This document shows positions 24,822 to 31,788 of a DNA stretch of 32,000 nt, one piece after another. The stretch is taken from positions 90,001 to 122,000 of the forward strand of contig MKSO01000001.1 in NCBI GenBank assembly GCA_001897305.1. The letters run 5' to 3'. The DNA is from Candidatus Saccharimonadota bacterium (GTDB lineage Bacteria; Patescibacteriota; Saccharimonadia; Saccharimonadales; Saccharimonadaceae). Every line of letters starts with the position of its first letter. Position 1 is the stretch's first letter. Made by a program: the position numbers and the translations under genes. The notes under the pieces are model-generated. The model was not told the DNA's origin. It did not search any database and worked only from the letters and a program-made list of their open reading frames with translations.

Positions 24822-25904
24822 TTACTTACTTACGTTAAAGCGAAACTCGACAATGTCGCCGGGCCGCATTACATAGTCGCGGCCCTCTGTGCGAAGTTTA
24901 CCAGCAGCTTTAGCGGCTTGTTCAGAGCCGGTCTCGACAAGATCGTCGTAGTCTACGATAGCAGCAGCAATAAAGCCTTTTTCAAAGTCGGTGTGAATAA
25001 CGCCGGCAGCTTGCGGGGCGGTAGAGCCTTGCTTGATAGTCCAGGCGCGCACTTCTTTTGGCCCAGCGGTAAGGTAGCTTTGAAGCCCAAGGGTGCTATA
25101 AGCCGTGCGGGCAAGTTGCGACAAACCTGACTCACCAACGCCGTATGATTCAAGCAATTCGGTGGCATCGGTATCATCAAGGCCGCGCAGCTCTTCTTCA
25201 AGCTTTGCGCAAATAAAGACAGCTTGGTGAGGGGCTACTAGCGCAGCAAGTTCGGCTTTGCGATTGTCATTTGCTAAGGTGTTCTCGTCAACATTAAAGA
25301 CATAAATAACCGGTTTCGCGCTCAGTAATTGAAGGTCTTGAAGAACTTCTTTATTCAACCCTTCAACTGATGAGGCAAGGGTGCCAGCCTCTAAGGCGGT
25401 CTGTAATTTTTTTAGCTCATCAATCTGCGCACGAGCGGAAGGGTTAGCTTTCGCTTCACGCTCGAGCTTAGGAATGTGACGCTCGATCGATTGCAGATCC
25501 GCCAATATGAGTTCGGTATTGATCACTTCAATGTCCTGGAGCGGATCGACACGGTCGTGAACATGTGTCACATCGGCGTCCTCGAAGGCGCGTACTACAT
25601 GGGCAATGGCATCACATTCACGAATGTTAGCCAAGAATTTGTTGCCTAGGCCTTCGCCCTTACTCGCACCGGCAACTAGGCCGGCGATGTCAACAAAGGT
25701 AACAGTTGCCGGGATGACTTTTTGAGCGGAATACATAGCTTGTAATACTGAAAGCCGCTCGTCGGGCACGGCAATAATACCGGTATTCGGTTCAATCGTG
25801 GCGAAAGGGTAGTTAGCTGCCAAGATATCGTTGTCGGTGAGGGCATTAAAAAGCGTCGATTTACCGACGTTGGGGAGACCGACGATGCCGATGGATAAAC
25901 TCAT
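24822..25904 (-). CDS. ychF: ribosome-binding ATPase YchF
   Basis: [33 protein letters not shown], and a C-terminal TGS-like region ending [11 protein letters not shown]. Confidence 0.95.
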   Translation of the reverse strand: MSLSIGIVGLPNVGKSTLFNALTDNDILAANYPFATIEPNTGIIAVPDERLSVLQAMYSAQKVIPATVTFVDIAGLVAGASKGEGLGNKFLANIRECDAIAHVVRAFEDADVTHVHDRVDPLQDIEVINTELILADLQSIERHIPKLEREAKANPSARAQIDELKKLQTALEAGTLASSVEGLNKEVLQDLQLLSAKPVIYVFNVDENTLANDNRKAELAALVAPHQAVFICAKLEEELRGLDDTDATELLESYGVGESGLSQLARTAYSTLGLQSYLTAGPKEVRAWTIKQGSTAPQAAGVIHTDFEKGFIAAAIVDYDDLVETGSEQAAKAAGKLRTEGRDYVMRPGDIVEFRFNVSK

Positions 25905-25912
25905 ATATGGCT

Positions 25913-25921
25913 ATTGTATCA
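25913..25921 (-). promoter_or_regulatory. extended -10 promoter TGATACAAT (minus strand), 8 nt before the ychF ATG
   Basis: The reverse complement of ATTGTATCA. There is no SD between the box and the ATG. Confidence 0.45.
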
Positions 25922-25971
25922 CAACAGGGGTGAATAGTAACAAAGCAACCTAAGTACAGTATCTACTATGC

Positions 25972-25977
25972 CTATAA
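25972..25977 (+). promoter_or_regulatory. -10 box TATAAT in backbone sequence reading toward the GC-rich island
   Basis: TATAAT is preceded by TGCC. An ATG 11 nt downstream opens a 15-codon ORF (25989-26036). Confidence 0.4.
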
Positions 25978-26072
25978 TCACACCTGTTATGATATTGATT
26001 TTTAACACTTTTTGTGTTATAGTTCACTTATCGTGACGAGTCAAGGGTTTCTTTGATATTGTTGCGTGCACT

Positions 26073-26092
26073 CGGCGAGCGCCCGCTCGTCG
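26073..26092 (+). promoter_or_regulatory. near-perfect palindrome CGGCGAGCG-cc-CGCTCGTCG upstream of the island's first gene
   Basis: 8 of 9 positions are complementary across a 2-nt centre. It lies 25 nt upstream of the ATG at 26117. Confidence 0.3.
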
Positions 26093-26116
26093 TCCTTCCT
26101 ATCATTGGAGAAATTC

Positions 26117-26875
26117 ATGTTCAGCACCACCCGCCAGCGCATGAAGCGCGCAGCCGCCCTGGCCGTCACCCTCGGTTTCGTCGGTGTGGCTTTCGCCGTG
26201 GCAGCACCTGCTTCCGCGGACAACCTCCTGGAGGCCGGCGGCAGCGCCAGCGACGCGTACTGCGTCGATGGTGGAGCCGCTACCGACGTGGAGGTCTACG
26301 TCAGGCCCGCAACGGCGAACATCACCACGTACGTCAGCCAGTCCGTGGATGGAACGGGCATCGTCACTGACTTCGGTGGCCCGACCAACGCCAACGGTTC
26401 GTACAGCGTCACTGTTCCCATCGCCAAGCAGGGCACGACCGTGATCCAGTACGGCTACCTGCTGCCGTCCGGTGAAGGTGTCTTCGCGGGTGACCGCGAC
26501 TTCACCTTCCCGGAGAAGTGCGTGGTCGACCCGACTCCGACTCCGACCCCGACGCCCACCGAGACGCCGACGCCGGAGCCCACCCCGACGCCCACCGAGA
26601 CCCCGGTCCCGACTCCGACGCAGAGCGCCGGTCCGGTGACCCCCTCGGAGCCGTCGAACCCGTCGACCCCCGCCACGGGCAACACCGACACGTCGACCAA
26701 GGCGGACACGTCGCAGCAGAACACGCTCAACCCGGCCAAGACCGACGGCGCCGATCTCGCTTCCAGCAAGTTCGGCATCAACCCGTGGTTCGCCGGTTCG
26801 AGCGTCGCTGCGATCACCGCCCTGGTGATCGCGATCGCCTGGGTGGCTCGCCGCCGCCGTGGCGAGCAGCACTGA
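26117..26875 (+). CDS. secreted surface protein: signal peptide, ~100-aa domain, Pro-Thr linker, C-terminal hydrophobic anchor + RRRR
   Basis: The ATG follows TTGGAGAAATTC. MFSTTRQRMKRAAALAVTLGFVGVAFAVAAPASA/DN, then DPTPTPTPTPTETPTPEPTPTPTETPVPTPTQ, then ...AGSSVAAITALVIAIAWVARRRRGEQH. No exact LPXTG or LAXTG motif. Confidence 0.75.
   Translation: MFSTTRQRMKRAAALAVTLGFVGVAFAVAAPASADNLLEAGGSASDAYCVDGGAATDVEVYVRPATANITTYVSQSVDGTGIVTDFGGPTNANGSYSVTVPIAKQGTTVIQYGYLLPSGEGVFAGDRDFTFPEKCVVDPTPTPTPTPTETPTPEPTPTPTETPVPTPTQSAGPVTPSEPSNPSTPATGNTDTSTKADTSQQNTLNPAKTDGADLASSKFGINPWFAGSSVAAITALVIAIAWVARRRRGEQH
26528..26623 (+). repeat. coding tandem Pro-Thr (CCG/CCC-ACN) low-complexity repeat
   Basis: 32 codons of P-T/E repeats. 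The nucleotide units CCGACTCCGAC and CCCACCGAGAC(G/C)CCG recur. Confidence 0.85.
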
Positions 26876-27605
26876 CAACGGCCGTCGAGCGAGGCGTCAA
26901 CCCAAGAGTCGCCAGCGGCTTCTTCGGTATGCCTTCATCGCCCTGTGCACGCTGAGTGCACTCTGTCTGTTGGCGGGGTTTGTAATCCCCATGCCAGCGT
27001 ACAGTCAGGGTGCGGAGGGGTCGCCATCCATTGCGGTGGCGACCCCGACGGCCTCGCCGACGCCCATGCTGACGCCGACCCCAACCCGGTCGGCCACGCC
27101 CACTCCAACACCCAAGCCTCCGTGGCAGTTTGGCTCAGCCACGCTGTCGATTCCGGCGGCAGGGGTGAACCAGTCGATCACGCCGTATACCCAAGCGGAT
27201 ATCGACGCAAATGGTGGAGTGGAGCCGCCAGACATGGCTGCGATCTCGTGGGATACAACCATCCCCGGGTCGAAGTTGTCTGTCACCACCACGAACACCA
27301 TCTACCTGTATGGGCATTCGTGGATCGAGCCGGCGGTGTTCAACGACGTGTGGAAGCTCCAGCCTGGAGCGGCTGCTTCGATCACGTCGACGGCGGCTGA
27401 CGGTTCCGTGGAGGTGTTGGACTTCGTGATGAACGAACCTACCTTCACGGTCATGAAGCCAGATTTCGACTCCGACGCCCGAGTAACACCGGTGGATCGT
27501 TGTCGTCTGGTGGTTGTCAGCTGCTACCGGCCTGACGGGTATGACCCGCAGTCGAAAACGGTTGAGAATGTCGTTGCGATCTTCCAGCGACCCGCCTGCG
27601 GATAA
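26859..27605 (+). CDS. sortase-like transpeptidase (class-F-like), membrane anchored
   Basis: GTG start overlapping the upstream gene by 17 nt. A positively charged N-terminus plus TM helix (FIALCTLSALCLLAGFVI), a PT linker, then LSIPAAGV, LYGHS (His153) and VVSCYRP (Cys222). The start codon is uncertain. Confidence 0.7.
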   Translation: MASSTDNGRRARRQPKSRQRLLRYAFIALCTLSALCLLAGFVIPMPAYSQGAEGSPSIAVATPTASPTPMLTPTPTRSATPTPTPKPPWQFGSATLSIPAAGVNQSITPYTQADIDANGGVEPPDMAAISWDTTIPGSKLSVTTTNTIYLYGHSWIEPAVFNDVWKLQPGAAASITSTAADGSVEVLDFVMNEPTFTVMKPDFDSDARVTPVDRCRLVVVSCYRPDGYDPQSKTVENVVAIFQRPACG

Positions 27606-27649
27606 CCCGCGTCTACGGACCTTCGCGGTCTTGTAGGCGCGGGTTATCC
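27600..27649 (+). terminator. long GC hairpin beginning inside the stop codon, no U-tract
   Basis: GGATAACCCGCG (27600-27611) pairs with CGCGGGTTATCC (27638-27649) as a perfect 12-bp stem. Inner stems form from CTAC/GTAG and GACC/GGTC. Confidence 0.55.
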
Positions 27650-27669
27650 CGCTCCGATGAGGAAGGATA

Positions 27670-27700
27670 CCCCGGCCACAAGCCGGGGTCTTTTCTTTTG
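27670..27700 (+). terminator. rho-independent terminator
   Basis: CCCCGGC cacaa GCCGGGG, followed by TCTTTTCTTTT. Confidence 0.75.
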
Positions 27701-27739
27701 GGGCTAAATAATCCTCTTTAGATAGCGTAAGCAATATAC

Positions 27740-27745
27740 TATAAT
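27740..27745 (+). promoter_or_regulatory. -10 box TATAAT 9 nt before the ATG at 27755
   Basis: TACTATAAT. There is no SD in the gap (TGGCTTAGT). Confidence 0.4.
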
Positions 27746-27754
27746 TGGCTTAGT

Positions 27755-28240
27755 ATGAAGCAGAAAAAGAAAACGCTCCGCATCATTTTGCTTTCTTTGG
27801 GTATTGTGATTCTTTTAGGTGGGTCAGGGGTGGCATACATGTTTGTAGCGAAGGTTGGCCTTTTTGCGAATCCTCATCAGACTTCAGTTGATGAGCGAGC
27901 ATCATACAAGAAGGCGTCGACTGGTATTGCCAACGCCGGAACGACGCAAGCGGATATTATTAATATGGTGGCCGCGTATGGTCCTCAATATGATGCGGCA
28001 TATGCCGAGGTGCAAAAGTCTAATCCATCAACTTGGGATAGTCTTATGGTGGATAAAGCTTTCATGTGTGTTCTTTATGCAAATAAAATTAAGGCAGCCT
28101 CTCAGGTTGAAACCTTATACTACAAAATACAATCAGCACGAGATGCTGGAATAAGTGTGGATAGTAATAATGCTGGGGTTACGAAAGATCAACTGCAAAC
28201 CATCTTTGATAATCGTAGTAAACATGAGGGATCCCAATAA
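27755..28240 (+). CDS. hypothetical N-terminally anchored protein, 161 aa
   Basis: KKKTLRIILLSLGIVILLGGSGVAYMFV is a signal anchor. The stop overlaps the next ATG (TAATG). Confidence 0.6.
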   Translation: MKQKKKTLRIILLSLGIVILLGGSGVAYMFVAKVGLFANPHQTSVDERASYKKASTGIANAGTTQADIINMVAAYGPQYDAAYAEVQKSNPSTWDSLMVDKAFMCVLYANKIKAASQVETLYYKIQSARDAGISVDSNNAGVTKDQLQTIFDNRSKHEGSQ

Positions 28241-30690
28241 TGAGACTTTTTGATACTCCGCTGAAAAAAGCCCTTGTCGTACTTGCCCTGTTGGCTGGTC
28301 CAGCTTTTATGGCCTTCGTGGGTATTGGTGGCTCGAAGGCATTCGCGGTTATTAACTATACGGAGGCTGTACAGGCAATCGATAATGCGTGCGGTCGTGG
28401 TCTTCGTATGGCACACGCTGCATATGGAGAAAATCCCGTCTTGGACGAATCAAGTGGTACGGTAACTTATGATCTGGTTATTTTATGGAAGCGCTGTTCT
28501 TGGGGGACAGTTGGAGAGTATGCAATTACTGGTTACGATGGAGACGCTTGCCCGCCTATAGGTAAGTATCACTACGATAATTACACTGAAACACGTGACT
28601 GTGTAAAGTATACAAATCGACACGGTACAACTTATGGTTTGTGTGGGGTGTATCGCTGTGTATATCAGTCGTTTTATGACTATGGGATTAAACAGGGTGG
28701 CGATGGCGGGCCATTTGATTTGGACCTGCATAGTAAGAAATTTTCCGGACGAACAGTAACTATTGGTGACTGGGGTAATAAAACAAAGAAGTCCGGTACT
28801 GAGGATGTTTTCGTCTCGAGACTTGGGGATTATTACTCAGGCGAATCCAATCGTATTAAACAGGATACCTATGTACGTGTTTCCTGGACACGCCCCTGGT
28901 CTATTAACGGGCAATCTTATATTCAAAATGGTACCGTTGCTAATAAAGACCTTGCAAGCAAAGGGCCTGTTACAGCTAAACCGGGTGATCGCCTAAACTG
29001 GTATCACGACCTTCGCAATGATGGTCCGCATGATATGGATAAGAATGTCTATTGGAATGTTGATAAAACTGGCTTCTCTAATGGCTGGAATGATCATAAA
29101 GAGCCACTGGGCAATACAAGTGGCGGGGCGAATGTGTTGTTTGTCTACGAGTATGCCCAATTCCCCGCAGAACCATGGAGGGCGGCGAGTCCCTATACTA
29201 AGTATGATGTGACCCAGGACGATGTAGGGAATACTTTATGTCAAAGAATCGCCTGGAACCCGGGTAAATATGATGATAGCAACTGGTATGCGAGTGATTA
29301 TGCTTGTGCGGATGTGCCGTATAACTATAGCCTCGTTCCAACTATTAGTAATGTCACTGATGGTAATACCGTTGAGCCAGGCGGAACGACGATACCGGTT
29401 ACGGGGCGAGTAACGAATAATGGTCCTACGAAATCTCAAACAAATGTGAAATGGCAAATAACAGAGGTAAAGTATGCACCGGGGGCAACTATTAATAATA
29501 AGTCAGGTGGTGAAAGCTCATCTAACCCTTGCGCATACTTCACTGGTGGAGCTTGTCGTTCTCTGAGTGACGGAACAGAAACGAGTGGCTACACCTACCC
29601 AGATACGAAACCGTATGATGTAAATGCCAACATTAACGACGAGCCTGTGGGCACAAAAATGTGCTACGCAATGTCTGTTCAACCATATACCCAAAGCTCA
29701 TCTAACTGGAGTCATTCTCAACTGTATTGTCTTGTTGTTAACAAAAGGCCAAAGGCAGATGTCTTGGGTGGTGATTTGATTGTTGGGCGTGGTTCGGTGA
29801 CGAACTCTGCGCGTGTTTCGGAGGTAACGACATCTGTTTCAAAAACAAGCTCAAACGGGTATTTCGGTTCATGGGCTGAATACGGCATTACCTCGACAGG
29901 TATCGTAACGGGTATGGCTTCGGGCTCAGGCTTTGCAGGGGGCGCTTCTGGGTCTAGCTTATGTGGTAAGTTAAGCGTCCTTACACTTACTAATGCTAAT
30001 GCTGCGGGGTCTTGTTCGGAGTCCGCCATAGGTAAGTACCCAACTGCTAGTACGGCGCCTAGTATTGCGGCGCGTTTCCCCGTTAACTCGGCTACTCCGG
30101 CACTATCGGGTGTGGCAAATATTACAGGTGATAATCTATCCGGCTTATATAAGGCAACCGACGCAGCGCTTACTGTTGTAAGTGATGGTGCCATTCCGGC
30201 TGGCCGTTGGGTAGTTATCAATGCCCCTAACACTACAGTTACTATTGGGAGTAATATTACCTATACAAACGATCCGCTAACATCTATAGCTCAAATCCCC
30301 CAAGTTGTTATTATTGCCAAAAACATTATTATTGCCGATAAAGATGTAGGTAAACCGGGTGACCCTGCAATATCCCAAGTTGACTCTTGGCTAGTAGCTG
30401 TTGGGAGCGGGTCTGAAGGGCGCATTAATACCTGTGGTGCGGGAACGGTGAGTGAGTCTACTGCACTTACCTCTAAAGTCTGTGATGCTAAGCTGACGGT
30501 GAATGGTCCAATTACCGCTAATCGTCTTATTCTTCGTCGTACGGCTGGTGCTGGTGTTGGCTCGGCCGCCGGCGACCCAGCTGAGGTATTTAACTTACGT
30601 TCAGACGCTTATATCTGGGCAACGAGCTATAGTCCGGGGACCGGCCGCCTTCCGACTGTCATGACAAAAGAAATTCCGCCTCGCTTTTAA
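28240..30690 (+). CDS. large secreted protein, 816 aa, Cys-rich N-terminal region, Ig/CARDB-like middle, Gly/Ser/Ala-rich C-terminal region
   Basis: Signal peptide ALVVLALLAGPAFMAFVGIGGSKAFA. There are 9 Cys between residues 50 and 140. Segments LRNDGPHDMD and VTGRVTNNGPTKS resemble CARDB-type Ig domains. It lies directly upstream of pilM. Confidence 0.75.
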   Translation: MRLFDTPLKKALVVLALLAGPAFMAFVGIGGSKAFAVINYTEAVQAIDNACGRGLRMAHAAYGENPVLDESSGTVTYDLVILWKRCSWGTVGEYAITGYDGDACPPIGKYHYDNYTETRDCVKYTNRHGTTYGLCGVYRCVYQSFYDYGIKQGGDGGPFDLDLHSKKFSGRTVTIGDWGNKTKKSGTEDVFVSRLGDYYSGESNRIKQDTYVRVSWTRPWSINGQSYIQNGTVANKDLASKGPVTAKPGDRLNWYHDLRNDGPHDMDKNVYWNVDKTGFSNGWNDHKEPLGNTSGGANVLFVYEYAQFPAEPWRAASPYTKYDVTQDDVGNTLCQRIAWNPGKYDDSNWYASDYACADVPYNYSLVPTISNVTDGNTVEPGGTTIPVTGRVTNNGPTKSQTNVKWQITEVKYAPGATINNKSGGESSSNPCAYFTGGACRSLSDGTETSGYTYPDTKPYDVNANINDEPVGTKMCYAMSVQPYTQSSSNWSHSQLYCLVVNKRPKADVLGGDLIVGRGSVTNSARVSEVTTSVSKTSSNGYFGSWAEYGITSTGIVTGMASGSGFAGGASGSSLCGKLSVLTLTNANAAGSCSESAIGKYPTASTAPSIAARFPVNSATPALSGVANITGDNLSGLYKATDAALTVVSDGAIPAGRWVVINAPNTTVTIGSNITYTNDPLTSIAQIPQVVIIAKNIIIADKDVGKPGDPAISQVDSWLVAVGSGSEGRINTCGAGTVSESTALTSKVCDAKLTVNGPITANRLILRRTAGAGVGSAAGDPAEVFNLRSDAYIWATSYSPGTGRLPTVMTKEIPPRF

Positions 30691-30741
30691 TCCTATATCG
30701 CTTGCTTTTACGCTTATGCTTTCGGTATAATGAGGGACAAT

Positions 30742-31788
30742 ATGGCAAATCACGGCGTGGGCGATTTTTTTGCACTAGATATTGGCACGAATGCAGTTCG
30801 TGTAGTTCAGCTTTCTCCGGCTGGGGGTGATACATGGAATTTGACCCATTTTGGCTATGCTCCCGTCGATGAGAAGATAACAAGCTCTTCGTCTCCAGAA
30901 GCACAGCGAAAACTGGGCGAAGTTATTATGACGGCAGTAGGGCAGAGCGGTATCAAAACGAAAAATGTCGTTATTGGTTTGCCTTCAAGTAAAACCTTTA
31001 CGACTGTCATCGAAGTGCCGCTGATGTCCGAGAACGAGTTGCGTAGCACTATCAAGTATCAAGTTGATCAGTACATTCCTATGGCTGTTAATGAGGCTAA
31101 AGTGGATTGGGCGCTCCTTGGTACTTCGCTGCACGATCCAAAAATGCAAGAAGTTATTATTGCCAGTACGGCTAATAGTTATGCTGAAGAGCGACTCGAG
31201 TTTGTTGAAAGCTTGGGGCTTAATGTTATTGCGGCTGAACCAGATCCTCTGGCTATGATCCGTTCGCTACTTCCCGCTGGAGTACCTGACGCTCGTCTTA
31301 TCATCGATATGGGTGAACAGGCTACTAACTTAGCTATTACCTTCGGTGATACTCCTCGACTTGTTCGTACCATTCCAACCGGTGTGCAGTCACTCGTGAA
31401 AGCGACGGTACAGAACCTCAATGTTCAAGAGGACCAAGCCCGTCAGTTTATTCTCAAGTTTGGTTTGGCGCCAGATCGCCTTGAGGGGCAGGTTTACCGC
31501 GCTATCGAAGCGACACTCGATAGCTTCACCACCGAACTTACTAAATCAATCAAGTTCTTCCAAACGCGGTATCCTAATACGCCAGTGGGGGGTATCTTAC
31601 TCTCGGGGTATAGTGCGGTTGTTCCTGGCTTTGGCCAGTACGTTGGTACAAAAGTAGGTATTCAGGCTGATATGGCCAACCCATGGCAAAAAGTGCGTGT
31701 TTCTCAAACTGACCAACAGCAACTTGCGGCTGTCGCCTCAGAGTTCGCTACGGTTATCGGGCTGGCACAGCGAAGGAATGTCATATGA
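30742..31788 (+). CDS. pilM: type IV pilus assembly protein PilM (actin-like ATPase fold)
   Basis: FFALDIGTNAVRVVQL, VIGLPSSK, and a DMGEQATNLAI phosphate-binding-like motif. The ATG at 30742 follows GAGGGA. The track start at 30730 lies inside a TATAAT box (30726-30731). Confidence 0.9.
   Translation: MANHGVGDFFALDIGTNAVRVVQLSPAGGDTWNLTHFGYAPVDEKITSSSSPEAQRKLGEVIMTAVGQSGIKTKNVVIGLPSSKTFTTVIEVPLMSENELRSTIKYQVDQYIPMAVNEAKVDWALLGTSLHDPKMQEVIIASTANSYAEERLEFVESLGLNVIAAEPDPLAMIRSLLPAGVPDARLIIDMGEQATNLAITFGDTPRLVRTIPTGVQSLVKATVQNLNVQEDQARQFILKFGLAPDRLEGQVYRAIEATLDSFTTELTKSIKFFQTRYPNTPVGGILLSGYSAVVPGFGQYVGTKVGIQADMANPWQKVRVSQTDQQQLAAVASEFATVIGLAQRRNVI

Larger units (their letters stand above)
26060..27700 (+). 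mobile_element. ~1.6-kb GC-rich two-gene island (surface protein + sortase-like gene), likely horizontally acquired
   Basis: Sharp composition change at both ends. Counted lines give 46/60 and 35/60 GC, versus 28/60 in the backbone. The island has its own SD, an overlapping gene pair and two terminal hairpins. No integrase or transposase is present. Confidence 0.5.

Noticed and set aside
27600-27649. Integron gene-cassette/attC interpretation of the ORF followed by a long imperfect palindrome (ATAAC...GTTAT).
   Set aside because: The arms do not fit the RYYYAAC/GTTRRRY cores. No intI or attI is present. The three cassettes are dispersed rather than arrayed, and the other two hairpins lack any AAC/GTT ends.
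26053-27734. Many long overlapping ORFs on both strands in the GC-rich island (e.g. 26102-26878 minus 258 aa, 26455-26817 minus, 26184-26444 plus, 26518-26955 plus, 26945-27400 plus, 27135-27734 minus 199 aa).
   Set aside because: They are Arg/Gly/Pro-rich translations typical of stop-codon-poor GC-rich DNA. They lack an SD and any motif, and they overlap the two ORFs that do have a signal peptide and sortase motifs.
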